Below, piece after piece: positions 27,386-36,623 of a stretch of 64,000 nucleotides of DNA (within the stretch, counting starts at the first letter, position 1; every line of letters starts with the position of its first letter). A program made the translations under genes and the position numbers. The notes beneath the pieces are model-generated. The model was not told the DNA's origin, did not search any database, and saw nothing but the letters and a program-made list of their open reading frames with translations. The stretch spans positions 32,001 through 96,000 of the forward strand of contig JBIJDH010000011.1 in assembly GCA_044344255.1 (NCBI GenBank). The letters run 5' to 3'. This DNA is from Myxococcota bacterium (GTDB lineage: Bacteria > Myxococcota_A > UBA796 > UBA2385).

Positions 27386-29089
27386 TCAGGTGAGCAGCGC
27401 GGCGAGCGCGGGCGGCAGGGGCTCTCCGAGCGCGGCCGCCAGCGCCGCCACCCGGGCCGCCTCCCGGCGGAGGGCGCGCTGATGATTACGGCCCGCGACG
27501 AGGGCCTCGAGGCCGAGGGCGGCGAAGGCCTCCTCCCGGCTGCCGGCGCGGCGCACGGCCTCGAGCAGCACCAGGGCCTTGAAGGCGTCGGCGGTGTGCC
27601 AGTCGTGCAGGCTGGGGTGGGTCTTCATCGCGTCCAGGAGGGCGTTCGCGGCCCCCGTCAGCCGCTCGAGCGTCCCCCGCTCCATGCGCTCGGGAGCCTC
27701 CACGGCGCGCGTCCGGGGCGCGGTCAGCTGCATCGACCGGATGAGCCCGCCCTCGGCCAGCAGGGCCGCGCGGTCGAGGGCGTTGCCCAGCTCGCGGATG
27801 TTGCCGGGCCAGTCGTGCTCCACGAGCTGGGTCAGGGCCGCCTCGCTCAGCCGCAGCGGCGGCAGGCCGTAGCGGGAGCGGGTCTGCTCCAAGAAGTGGC
27901 TCGCGAGCAGGGGGATGTCCTCGCGGCGCTCGCGCAGCGCCGGCAGGTGGGCGACGAAGACGGCGAGGCGGTAGTAGAGGTCCTCGCGCAGCTTCCCCTC
28001 ACGGATGGCGTCCGTGGGATCGCGCCCCATCGCGGCCACCACGCGCACGTCGACGCGCACGGGCTGGCTCTCGCCGAGCCGCGTGACCTGCTTCTCCTGC
28101 AGCGCCACCAGCAGCTTGACCTGGCAGGAGAGCGGCATGCTGTCGAGCTCATCGAGGAAGATGGTGCCGCCCTGGGCGGCCTCGAACTTCCCCTCGCGGT
28201 CGGCGGTGGCCCCGGTGAAGGTGCCCTTCTTGTGGCCGAAGAGCTCACTCTCCAGGAGCGCCTCGGGGATGGCGCCGCAGTTGAGGTGGACGAAGGGCCG
28301 GCCCGCGCGCGGGGAGCCGAGGTGGAGCTGCCGGGCGACGAGGCTCTTGCCGGTGCCCGTCTCGCCGGTGATCAGCACCGGCACGTCGAAGCGCACGATG
28401 CGCGCCAGCTCGGCGAGCTGCGCCTTCATGGCCCCCGAGCGGGTGACGACCCCGGGGAGCACGGTCTCCTCCACGCCGGCCCGGGCCACCGTGCCCGCGA
28501 GGACGGGGAGCCAGGTGGCGGCGGCGGCGACGGCAGCGTCGTCAAAGAGGCCGTTACTGCTTCGGTTATCGAGGTAGACGAAGCCGATCGCCGCTCCATC
28601 GGCGAGGAGCGGCAGGGCGGCCACGCTGCGCAGCTTCAGCGCCCCGACCGAGGCGGCGCCGCCGTACTCCTGCCCGGCGTCGTGGGTGACCACGGGCGTG
28701 CCCGAGGCCAGCGCCTCGCGGATGATCTGGGTGGAGACGTGGGCGGCCGGGTCGTCGATGTCGGCCTGGCGGAGGCTGCGCGCGGCGAGGAAGCGCCAGC
28801 CAGCCGGCTGCACGAGGCCCACGAAGCCGCGCTCGGCGCCGACCACCGCGATGATGCCGTCCAGCATCTGCTCGGCGACCGGCTCGAGCCCGCGGGCCAT
28901 CGTCACGCCCACCGTCCGCTCGAGCATGAGGCGATAGCGCGCCACGTCGCCCGACATCGCGAGGTGCTCGGCGCCGAGCTGGCCGGCCTCCATGCGGAGC
29001 TTCGCCAGGAGCTGGCGGGCGGTCTCAATCTCGCCGCGGCGCAGCGCGCCTTCGGCCTCTCGTATGCGCGGGAGGAGCTCGGTGGTCAT
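27386..29089 (-). CDS. GAF-domain sigma54-dependent enhancer-binding protein (paralog A)
   Basis: GAERGFVGL...LRSVAALPL..GFVYLDN (GAF); GETGTGKS, ESELFGHKKGTFTGA, GTIFLDE, LREDLYYRL, WPGNIREL; degenerate C-terminal HTH. Confidence 0.9.
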   Translation of the reverse strand: MTTELLPRIREAEGALRRGEIETARQLLAKLRMEAGQLGAEHLAMSGDVARYRLMLERTVGVTMARGLEPVAEQMLDGIIAVVGAERGFVGLVQPAGWRFLAARSLRQADIDDPAAHVSTQIIREALASGTPVVTHDAGQEYGGAASVGALKLRSVAALPLLADGAAIGFVYLDNRSSNGLFDDAAVAAAATWLPVLAGTVARAGVEETVLPGVVTRSGAMKAQLAELARIVRFDVPVLITGETGTGKSLVARQLHLGSPRAGRPFVHLNCGAIPEALLESELFGHKKGTFTGATADREGKFEAAQGGTIFLDELDSMPLSCQVKLLVALQEKQVTRLGESQPVRVDVRVVAAMGRDPTDAIREGKLREDLYYRLAVFVAHLPALRERREDIPLLASHFLEQTRSRYGLPPLRLSEAALTQLVEHDWPGNIRELGNALDRAALLAEGGLIRSMQLTAPRTRAVEAPERMERGTLERLTGAANALLDAMKTHPSLHDWHTADAFKALVLLEAVRRAGSREEAFAALGLEALVAGRNHQRALRREAARVAALAAALGEPLPPALAALLT

Positions 29090-29113
29090 CCCCCCCGAGT
29101 AACCGACGGGCCC

Positions 29114-32100
29114 CTATCGGTCGGCCAGGGCCCGCTGGACCGCCGACCTCGCCCCATCGAGATTGAGCCCCTCCTCGCTCGCGGGCGGGATGCGCAGCGA
29201 GGGGGCGATGGACTCGGCCTCGGCCAGCGCGGCCACCGCTTCGTCGAGGGCCCCCTGGGCGACGGCGACCCCGACGCGGGCGATCAGGATGGAGAGCAGG
29301 TAGGGGCGAGCGCCGTTGGCGCGCGCTCGAGGCTCCGCCTCATCCAAGTATCCGCGGGCGCGCTCGAGCTCGCCGAGCTCGCGATGGACGACCGCGAGGC
29401 CAACGAGGCACGCCTCCTCGGCGTTGCCGATGCCGAGCGTCCGTTGGGTGTGGAGGGCGGAGTCGAGGCAGGTCAGCGCCTCACCCAAGCGGCCGAGCTG
29501 GAAGTGCAGCCGCCCGAGGTTGATGAGGTTGCTCACCTCGCTGAGGGGGAGGCCGAGGCGGCGTTGGAGGGCCAGCGCGGCCTCAAAGCAGCGCCGGGCC
29601 TCGTCCAGCCGCCCCTGGCGTCGGTGGACGACGCCCAGGTTCCCGAGCACGACCGCCCGGACCCGCTGGTTGCCGTCGGGCGGCAGCTCACGGAGCACCT
29701 GCTCGAAGCGCTCGCGGGCCTCGTCCAACCTCCACTCCGAGGAGTAGACGTTGCCGATGCTCCCGATGAGGGCGCTCGCTTGGGACAGTTCTCCGGCGTC
29801 TCGGGCCAGGACGAGGCCGCGCTCCAGCGCCCCCCGCGCCGCGTCAAAGCGGCCCTGCGTGGTCCACAGCCTCCCCAGCTCGTGGAGCACGCGCGCCTCG
29901 AAGCGGAGGTCTGGCGCGGAGGCTCGCTGGGCGAGCGCCAAGGCCACTTGATAGGCCGCCTCGGCGACCGCCGCCGAGCCACCCCCGAGGCGCTCGGCGT
30001 GACCCGCCATGAGGGAGACGGCGGCGCGCGCTCGGTCGTGGAGAGGAGGACCAGCGCGCAGCTCGGCGGCGAGCTTCACCACGGGCTCGGCCGGGCCGAT
30101 GTTCATCAGCAGGGCCCAGAGCGCCTCGAGGGTCGCGACCGCCACATCGCCGCGCCCCGCCGCGCCCGCCCGCCGACAGGCCCCCTGCAGGTTGTCCCGC
30201 TCGCGGGCCAGCGCCCGGCGCCGCTCCAGGCCATCTGGGCCCTCGAGGGCCTCGATCTCCCCATCGGCGCCGAAACGCGCGAAGAACAGCCCGTGCCGAT
30301 GCTCGACTTCGGCGCGGTCGCCCTGCGCATCCAGCTTCTCGCTCGCGTACTCCTGCACGGCGGCCAGCAGGTCGAAGCGGTCGTGGGAGGCCAGTCGGAG
30401 GAGGGAGCGATCGACCAGCGCCTGGACGAGATCGGGGGCCCAGGCCTCGCCCGCCTCGAGGACCGCCTCGGCCGCCTCCAGGGTGAAGCCACCGGCAAAC
30501 ACGCTGAGCTGGGCGAGGGCGGCGCGCTCCTCCGGGCGTAAGAGGTCCCAGCTCCAGTCGAGCATGGCCCGCAGCGTGCCGTGGCGGCGGCTGCGACCGA
30601 CCGGGGCGCTCAGCAGCTTGAAGCGCTCGTTCAGCCGGGCGAGGAGCTGGCTGGGCGTCATCAGGCGACACCGGGAGGCGGCCAGCTCGATGGCCAGGGG
30701 CAGCCCGTCGAGGCGGCGCACCAGCGCCTCGAGCGTGGCGGGCTCCGCCGTCACCGAGGGGTGGACCGCCCGGGCGCGCTCGAGGAAGAGCGCCACGGCC
30801 GCGGGGTCGTCCAGCGGATCAAGCGCCAGCACCTGCTCTCCCGGGAGGCCGAGGCGCTCCCGGCTGGTCACCAGGAAGCGCACACCGGCCGCGCGGTCCA
30901 GCCAGCGCCCCACCGTGGCCGGCGCCACGGCGACCACCTGCTCGAAATTGTCCAAGATCAACAGGCAGCGCCCCCGCTCGGCGAGGGCGTGGCCGATCTG
31001 GGAGGCCGGGTCTGCCTGCAGCGGGAGGTCGAGCGCGGCGCCCACCGCGTGGAGCACACCCTCCTGGCTGCGGGCCTCGGAGAGGTCGCAGAACCAGACA
31101 CCCCCCGGCCACTCCCGCAGCCGGCTGCGCGCGTAGTGGAGGGCGAGGCGCGTCTTGCCCGTGCCGCCGATGCCCAGCAGGCTCACAAGGCGGCCCTCCA
31201 AGAGGCGCTCGTGCAGGGCCGCGAGGTCTGCGCCGCGCCCCACGAAGGTGTCGCGCTCGCTCGGCAGGCGGTGCGGGCCCACCTCGACGGCTCCGAGGTC
31301 GAGGGTCGGATCCGACCGGGCCGGTCGCGCTAGCGGGATCGTCGCCGCCAACGGGGCGGGAGGCGCAGGCGGCCGCGGCGAGGCGCCGCCCGGGGGCCCC
31401 CGCCAGCGCGCCGCCAGGGCCGCGACGCTCGCCGGGCGGACGCTGGGGTTGGGGTCGAGCGCGTCGTGGATCGTGTCCACCCAGTGGAGGGGCAGGTCGG
31501 GCACCACGGCGTCGATCGGCGTGTAACTGGCGTTACACGCGCGCTGATAGAGCTGGAACCAGGGCACCCCCACCGGAAAGGCGCGCTCCCCCGCCAGCAG
31601 CTCGTAGAGGATGGCCCCGAGCGCGAAGACGTCCGCCCGGGCGTCAACGCTGGCCACGTCGAGGTAGGCCTCGGGGGCCATATACCCGGGCGACCCGAGG
31701 CCGATCCCGGCCTGGGTCACCGCCCCTCGCGCCGCCGGGTCATTGGCCCGGGCGAGGCCAAAGTCGGCGATCTTGGGGCAGCCATCGGCGGTGAGGAGGA
31801 TGTTGCTGGGCTTGAGGTCGCGGTGCACCAGCCCGAGCGCATGCGCGGCGACCGCCCCCTCCAGCACCCCCTCGATGAGCTGCAGCGCCTCGCTTCGCCC
31901 CAGCGGGCCCCGCTCCAGCCGCTCCATCAGGGTCTCGCCGTCGATCTGGTCCATCACCAGGGCGACGCCGTCTGGGAGCTCGACGAGGTCGGTCACCCGC
32001 ACCACGTTCGGGTGGTTCAGCCTCGCTTGCAGGCGCCCCTCGGCCAGCAGGCGCCCGCGCTGATCGTCCTTCGCACCCGCGTGCAGCACCTTGATCGCGT

Positions 32101-32215
32101 GCCGGCTGCCGAGCTGCAGGTGGCGCGCGGCGTAGACCGTCGCGAAGCCGCCCCGCCCGAGGACGGTGTCCACGAGGTAACGACCGCCGAGGGTGGTGCC
32201 GGGGAGGAGCTCCAT
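29114..32215 (-). CDS. Ser/Thr kinase - STAND-type ATPase - TPR protein
   Basis: LGRGGFATV, AIK, HRDLKPSN, DFG, YMAPE; GIGGTGKT, LLILDNFE, LDGLPLAIELAA, LDWSWDLL; C-terminal TPRs. Confidence 0.9.
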   Translation of the reverse strand: MELLPGTTLGGRYLVDTVLGRGGFATVYAARHLQLGSRHAIKVLHAGAKDDQRGRLLAEGRLQARLNHPNVVRVTDLVELPDGVALVMDQIDGETLMERLERGPLGRSEALQLIEGVLEGAVAAHALGLVHRDLKPSNILLTADGCPKIADFGLARANDPAARGAVTQAGIGLGSPGYMAPEAYLDVASVDARADVFALGAILYELLAGERAFPVGVPWFQLYQRACNASYTPIDAVVPDLPLHWVDTIHDALDPNPSVRPASVAALAARWRGPPGGASPRPPAPPAPLAATIPLARPARSDPTLDLGAVEVGPHRLPSERDTFVGRGADLAALHERLLEGRLVSLLGIGGTGKTRLALHYARSRLREWPGGVWFCDLSEARSQEGVLHAVGAALDLPLQADPASQIGHALAERGRCLLILDNFEQVVAVAPATVGRWLDRAAGVRFLVTSRERLGLPGEQVLALDPLDDPAAVALFLERARAVHPSVTAEPATLEALVRRLDGLPLAIELAASRCRLMTPSQLLARLNERFKLLSAPVGRSRRHGTLRAMLDWSWDLLRPEERAALAQLSVFAGGFTLEAAEAVLEAGEAWAPDLVQALVDRSLLRLASHDRFDLLAAVQEYASEKLDAQGDRAEVEHRHGLFFARFGADGEIEALEGPDGLERRRALARERDNLQGACRRAGAAGRGDVAVATLEALWALLMNIGPAEPVVKLAAELRAGPPLHDRARAAVSLMAGHAERLGGGSAAVAEAAYQVALALAQRASAPDLRFEARVLHELGRLWTTQGRFDAARGALERGLVLARDAGELSQASALIGSIGNVYSSEWRLDEARERFEQVLRELPPDGNQRVRAVVLGNLGVVHRRQGRLDEARRCFEAALALQRRLGLPLSEVSNLINLGRLHFQLGRLGEALTCLDSALHTQRTLGIGNAEEACLVGLAVVHRELGELERARGYLDEAEPRARANGARPYLLSILIARVGVAVAQGALDEAVAALAEAESIAPSLRIPPASEEGLNLDGARSAVQRALADR

Positions 32216-32278
32216 CGCGCCCCTCGTACCGCGGTCCGCCCTCGTCGGCAGCGCTCTGACCGCGCCCGTCGTCCGGAC

Positions 32279-33607
32279 CTACCGGCTCAGCGCTTCGAGG
32301 GCGGCGGCCGGCTGGATGAGGCCGTGCCCGAAGGAGAGGTCGTCGCCTGCGTCGCCGAGGTCGATCGCGGTGGCGGCGAGCAGCACGAAGGCTTCGTCGG
32401 CGTCGGCGCCGGCCGACATCAGCAGGGCTGCCGCCGCGGCCACGTGGGGGCTGGCCATCGAGGTGCCGTTCATCCGCTCGTAGTCGCCCGCCACGTTGAT
32501 CTCCTGGAGGATGCCTTTCCCAGGGGCCGAGAAGGCGAGGCCCTCGCCGTGGTTCGAGAAGTCGGCCAGCGCGTTCTTCCCGTCGGTGGCCGCCACTGCC
32601 ACCGCCCCCGAGCAGGCGGCCGGGTAGCCGATCTCGTCGGCGCCGTCATTCCCAGCCGAGATGGCCACGAAGACGCCCGCCTCCGCCGCGTCCTCCACCG
32701 CGGCGCAGAGGGCGCGGAAGCCGAGGGTGGCCCTCCACGAGACGTTGGGCTGCAGGCCCGCGATCGCGCGGTTCATCCCGGCCGGCATGCCGAGGCTCAT
32801 GTTGATGACGTCCGCGCCCTCGCTCACGGCGTAGTCGATGCCGGCGATGATGTCCGAGGTCCGCGCGCCCTCCGAGCCGTCGGCGAAGACCTTGACCGGC
32901 AGGATGCTGGCGTCGGGAGCGAGGCCGATGACGCCGACGCCGTTGTTGGAGCGGGCCCCGATGGTGCCGGCCACGTGGGTGCCGTGCGACATCGCGCCGG
33001 AGGGGTCCTGATCGTCGTCGGCGATGTCCCAGCCGGGCAGCAGGTGGGTGAGGCCGTCCTCGCCGCCCGCGAAGACGCCGCTGTCGATCACCGCCACCAC
33101 CACGCCCTCGCCGGTGCTCCACTGCCAGGCCTGCTCGGCGGCCAGCACGTCCATGTTCCACTGCGAGCCGCGCAGCGTGTCGTCCGCCCGCACCGGCTCG
33201 GCGGGGGCCTCGGCGTCCCCCGTGGCCTCGAGCAGGAGGTCGGCCGCGACAAAGCCAAGCTCATCCGAGGCCGAGAGGGCCTCGATGGCCGCCTCGACCG
33301 AGAGGCCCGCCGGCACCGCGTAGACGCCCACCTCCCCCTGCCGCAGGCTGCGGATCCGGACAAAGTGGTCGCCCTCCCCAGACACCAAGACCGCGGGCAG
33401 CGCCGAGTCCCCGGCCCCCACCAGCACCCGGCCCGCGGCCGCCGGGAGGCCCAACACGGTCTCGACCCCTGTGGCCTCCACCGCCGCGGGGGAGCGCTCG
33501 GCGGCGCCCTCGGCGCCCGAGGGGCGGCAGCCCACCAACGAGCCCAGCAGGGCGAGGGCGCAGAGGGAGGAGGGGGCAACGGAGAGGGCGGTGCGGCAAC
33601 GGGACAT
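32279..33607 (-). CDS. Subtilisin-like S8 serine protease, lipoprotein
   Basis: LVGC lipobox; catalytic VAVIDSG, HGTHVAG, GTSMASPH; oxyanion SAGN. ATG 33607 with GAGG RBS. Confidence 0.92.
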   Translation of the reverse strand: MSRCRTALSVAPSSLCALALLGSLVGCRPSGAEGAAERSPAAVEATGVETVLGLPAAAGRVLVGAGDSALPAVLVSGEGDHFVRIRSLRQGEVGVYAVPAGLSVEAAIEALSASDELGFVAADLLLEATGDAEAPAEPVRADDTLRGSQWNMDVLAAEQAWQWSTGEGVVVAVIDSGVFAGGEDGLTHLLPGWDIADDDQDPSGAMSHGTHVAGTIGARSNNGVGVIGLAPDASILPVKVFADGSEGARTSDIIAGIDYAVSEGADVINMSLGMPAGMNRAIAGLQPNVSWRATLGFRALCAAVEDAAEAGVFVAISAGNDGADEIGYPAACSGAVAVAATDGKNALADFSNHGEGLAFSAPGKGILQEINVAGDYERMNGTSMASPHVAAAAALLMSAGADADEAFVLLAATAIDLGDAGDDLSFGHGLIQPAAALEALSR

Positions 33608-33655
33608 GACAACCTCGCTTCGGGGCGACCCGGGGTGGGTCGTGCCAGGAGGTAT

Positions 33656-33671
33656 TGCAGGCCCCGTGCCA
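33656..33671 (-). promoter_or_regulatory. Sigma54 (-24/-12) promoter upstream of the S8 protease
   Basis: Minus strand TGGCACGGGGCCTGCA versus consensus TGGCACG-N4-TTGCW; 48 nt upstream of the ATG. Confidence 0.7.
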
Positions 33672-33796
33672 GGCCGGCCTGGAGCCGACATCCAGTCGGA
33701 ACCACCACTTTTGTTCGGTACCGTCCGCTGTGCCCGGCGAGCGCGTCTCCAAGAGACGAGGGCGTGCGTCTCCTGGAGACGGACAAGCCCAGGCCC

Positions 33797-34096
33797 TCAG
33801 CCCCCGGACAGCGCCCCGACGACCATGACCGTCGCCCCCGGCGGCAGGGGGGCACGGAGGTCGTCCTGCCGCTCGTCTCCCACGAAGAGCAGCATGTGGC
33901 GCCGCAGGCGGTCCTGCTCGTCGATCACCCGGAAGCGGAGGCCGGGGAACTGGCGGTCGAGGTCGTCAAAGAGCGCGTCGAGGGTGGCCCCCGCGGCGCT
34001 CACCCGATCTCGCCCGTCCACGTAGCCGCGGAGCTGGCCCGGGATCAAGACGAGGTGACGCTGTAACGCTGACTCTTCAGCCAGCGCCTCAGCCAT
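33797..34096 (-). CDS. MoaD/ThiS family ubiquitin-like protein
   Basis: IPGQLRGY...GATL..LFDDLDRQFPGLRFRVIDEQ...ALSGG (C-terminal GG); ATG 34096 overlaps the upstream gene end. Confidence 0.88.
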   Translation of the reverse strand: MAEALAEESALQRHLVLIPGQLRGYVDGRDRVSAAGATLDALFDDLDRQFPGLRFRVIDEQDRLRRHMLLFVGDERQDDLRAPLPPGATVMVVGALSGG

Positions 34097-35222
34097 CCGT
34101 AGACCCGCTGGTGAGCGCGTGGAGCTGCGGGAGGTGGCGGAAGAGGCAGGTGAAGCTCTCCCCCTCATCGGGCGAGGTCCACACCTCGCCGCTGGTGGTG
34201 CCGAAGTAGAGGCCGACCGGATCCTGGTCGTCGGCGCAGAGGCACTGGCGCTTGACCGTCCACCAGGCCTGGTCGGCGGGGAGCCCGCGGTCCTGGCGCT
34301 CCCAAGTGGCCCCGGCGTCCCGGCTGCGGAAGAGGGCGGGGCGACCGCCCGGCGGCGTCCGCGGCCAGCCGTTCTTCCCCTCCATCGGGAAGACCCAGGC
34401 GGTCTCGACGTCGCGCGGGTGCAACAACACCGGGAAGCCGATGTCGCCGACCTCCTTGGGCATGTTGTCCCCCACGCGGATCCAGCGGTTCGACGGGCGG
34501 TCGATCCGGTAGATCCCGCAGTGGTTCTGCTGCCAGAGCCGGTCGGGCCGGAGGGGGTGGAGGGCGACACAGTGAGGGTCGTGGCCGTACTCCCGCTCGC
34601 TGCCGTCCTCCATCGGCGGGTAGAAGTCCATGAAGACGCCGAGGTTCAAGGGCGACCAGCTCGCGCCCCGATCGGAAGACTCGAAGGTGCCGCCGCCCGA
34701 CATCGACACGTAGAGGTGCCGCGCGTCGCGCGGGTCCACCAGGATCGAGTGGAGCTTGCCGCCATCCGGGGTCTGGTCCTTGTCGCTCCCCACCCACAAG
34801 TGCTGCGCGGGGTGGTCGTTGAAGCCAGACACAGGCTCCCAGTTGACCCCACCGTCCTCGCTTCGGAACAGGGCCTGCGGCGAGGTGCCGGCGTACCAGA
34901 CGCCCGGCTCGCTGGCGTTCGACGGCGTGAGCCAGAAGACATGGTCCACCGCCCGCCCCCGCACGTCCCCCTTCGGGAAGCGGGGCGGCGAGGCGGCCTC
35001 CTTCCAGGTCTCGCCCCCGTCCTCGCTTCGAAAGACCGTCGGCCCGAGGTGCCACTGGCGGGACGCGGCGAGCAGCACGCCGCGGTCCCGCGGGTCCTGG
35101 ACGACATGATGGCACTGCTCCCCGAGGAAGAGCGGCGCTCGGAGCGACCAGCTCGAGCGGTCGGCGCTGCGGGACGCGATCCAGACACCCTTCCGGGTGG
35201 CGATGTAGAGCTGGGTCGGCAT
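34089..35222 (-). CDS. BNR/Asp-box beta-propeller protein (sialidase-like fold)
   Basis: Repeated SxDGGxTW Asp boxes; HDPHCV, QQNHCGIYR, VKRQC, LYFGTTSGEVW. Confidence 0.88.
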   Translation of the reverse strand: MPTQLYIATRKGVWIASRSADRSSWSLRAPLFLGEQCHHVVQDPRDRGVLLAASRQWHLGPTVFRSEDGGETWKEAASPPRFPKGDVRGRAVDHVFWLTPSNASEPGVWYAGTSPQALFRSEDGGVNWEPVSGFNDHPAQHLWVGSDKDQTPDGGKLHSILVDPRDARHLYVSMSGGGTFESSDRGASWSPLNLGVFMDFYPPMEDGSEREYGHDPHCVALHPLRPDRLWQQNHCGIYRIDRPSNRWIRVGDNMPKEVGDIGFPVLLHPRDVETAWVFPMEGKNGWPRTPPGGRPALFRSRDAGATWERQDRGLPADQAWWTVKRQCLCADDQDPVGLYFGTTSGEVWTSPDEGESFTCLFRHLPQLHALTSGSTDG

Positions 35223-35393
35223 GATCACCTGCGGGATGACGGCGGTAGACGGGTCTATTTGGGTGGGACGAACGCGGATGAGGGTAGCACCGGCGGTCCA
35301 GCGGTCCCAGGCTCCCCGCCGCCGAATTGGCGATCCCGGCCCGCGCGGGCTCCCCGGCCATCGATGCGGGCCACACCCTCACCGGCGTCGGGA

Positions 35394-36545
35394 TCAGGCC
35401 AGCGCCGCCCGCGCCCGCGCCCGCACCGAGGGCCAGAGCCCCGGGTGGTCGGCGGCGGCCTGCAGCGCCCCGCGCGCCCGCTCATCGCCCTCCGCGAGGG
35501 CCACCCGCGCCGCGGTGACCTGCACCTCGGCGGTCTGGGGGGCGAGGCGGCGGGCGACCTCCAGCTCGGTCCGCGCCGCAGCCGGCCCCTCGGCGTCGAG
35601 CAACCAGGCCGCGAGCCGCTCATGGGGCAGCCAGTGCTTGGGGGCGGCGAGGGCGGCCGCGTTCCACATGGAACGGTCTCCCCGTCCGCGCAGCTCGGCG
35701 GCCACCGCGAGCAGGAGCGGGCCGCCCAGGGCGGCGAGCCGCTCCACCTCGGCGACCTCCCCCGCCTCGGCCCAGAGGCGCCCGAGCTCCACCGCCTGCC
35801 CCGGGCCCACCTCGGTCACCTGCTCCACGCGGCGGAGGAGGGCGGCCAGCGCGGGCCAGCGCCCCGCTGCGGCGTAGAGCTCCGCGCCCTCGAGGAGCAG
35901 CCGAGGGTCATTGAAGACGACGAAGCCGCGCCCCGCGGCCGCCTCCAGGCGCTCGATCCCCCGCTCCACGCTGCCCGCCATGCGGTCGCGCTGGGCCAGG
36001 GCCCGCCAGCTCCGGGGATCGAGGGGATCGGCCTCGATGGCCCGGATGAAGAGGTCTTCGGCCTCGCCGAGGCGGCCGGTGGCGAGCAGGGTCATGCCGA
36101 GGCCCTGCAGCGCCCCCGCGTGGGGCTCGGCGGCGGCCTCGGCCTCGGCCACCACGCCCCGCAACAGCGCCTCGGCCTCCACCACCCGCCGCTGGCGGAA
36201 GAGCAGGCGGGCCTGGAGCACCCGCATGTCTCGGTCTCCCGGGGCGCGGGTGAGGCGCTCCGTCGAGACCCGCTCCACCTCGGCGAGGGCGCCGAAGCCG
36301 AGCAGCGCCTCGCCCAGGGTGCGCGCGACGAGGCCGTGCAGCGCCGCCGGCAGGCCCTGGAGCCCATCGAGGAGCCGCAGCGCGCCCGCGTGATCGTCGG
36401 TCGCCGCCGCGATGACCGCGAGGCCGAGCTGACGGACGGGGCCCTCGGGCAGCTCCGCGACCCCGGCCGCCGTGGGGAGCCCGACCCGGGCCGCGGCCTC
36501 GAGGGCGCGCAGTCGATCGAGGTCGTCTACGAGGGGCTCAGACAC
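35394..36545 (-). CDS. TPR repeat protein
   Basis: ALQGLGMTLLATGRLGEAEDLFIRAIEADP and related TPRs; GGAGGA RBS before GTG 36545. Confidence 0.75.
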   Translation of the reverse strand: MSEPLVDDLDRLRALEAAARVGLPTAAGVAELPEGPVRQLGLAVIAAATDDHAGALRLLDGLQGLPAALHGLVARTLGEALLGFGALAEVERVSTERLTRAPGDRDMRVLQARLLFRQRRVVEAEALLRGVVAEAEAAAEPHAGALQGLGMTLLATGRLGEAEDLFIRAIEADPLDPRSWRALAQRDRMAGSVERGIERLEAAAGRGFVVFNDPRLLLEGAELYAAAGRWPALAALLRRVEQVTEVGPGQAVELGRLWAEAGEVAEVERLAALGGPLLLAVAAELRGRGDRSMWNAAALAAPKHWLPHERLAAWLLDAEGPAAARTELEVARRLAPQTAEVQVTAARVALAEGDERARGALQAAADHPGLWPSVRARARAALA

Positions 36546-36569
36546 GGACGATCCTCCCGTCGGGGGCTG

Positions 36570-36623
36570 CCAGAGGTTGAAGACCTACCAGACGTTGAAG
36601 ACCTACCAGAGGTTGAAGACCTT
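36570..36623 (-). repeat. 18-bp direct repeat x3 spanning the stop codon of the large protein
   Basis: Plus strand CCAGAGGTTGAAGACCTA / CCAGACGTTGAAGACCTA / CCAGAGGTTGAAGACCTT. Confidence 0.95.

Noticed and set aside
33797..34096. MoaD as a Moco supply gene for the molybdoenzyme, or as a Bil/CBASS-type Ubl
   Set aside because: It is 12 kb from the molybdoenzyme with no moaE/moeB, and there is no E1/E2/JAB; it is coupled to the propeller gene instead.
36585..36605. Pyrrolysine or genome-wide TAG recoding
   Set aside because: TAG acts as a normal stop for conserved genes here (pal, cpoB, sucC, ABC-F), and no pyl genes are seen.
36570..36623. Direct repeats as a mini CRISPR array
   Set aside because: The units are abutting 18-mers without spacers, and there are no cas genes.
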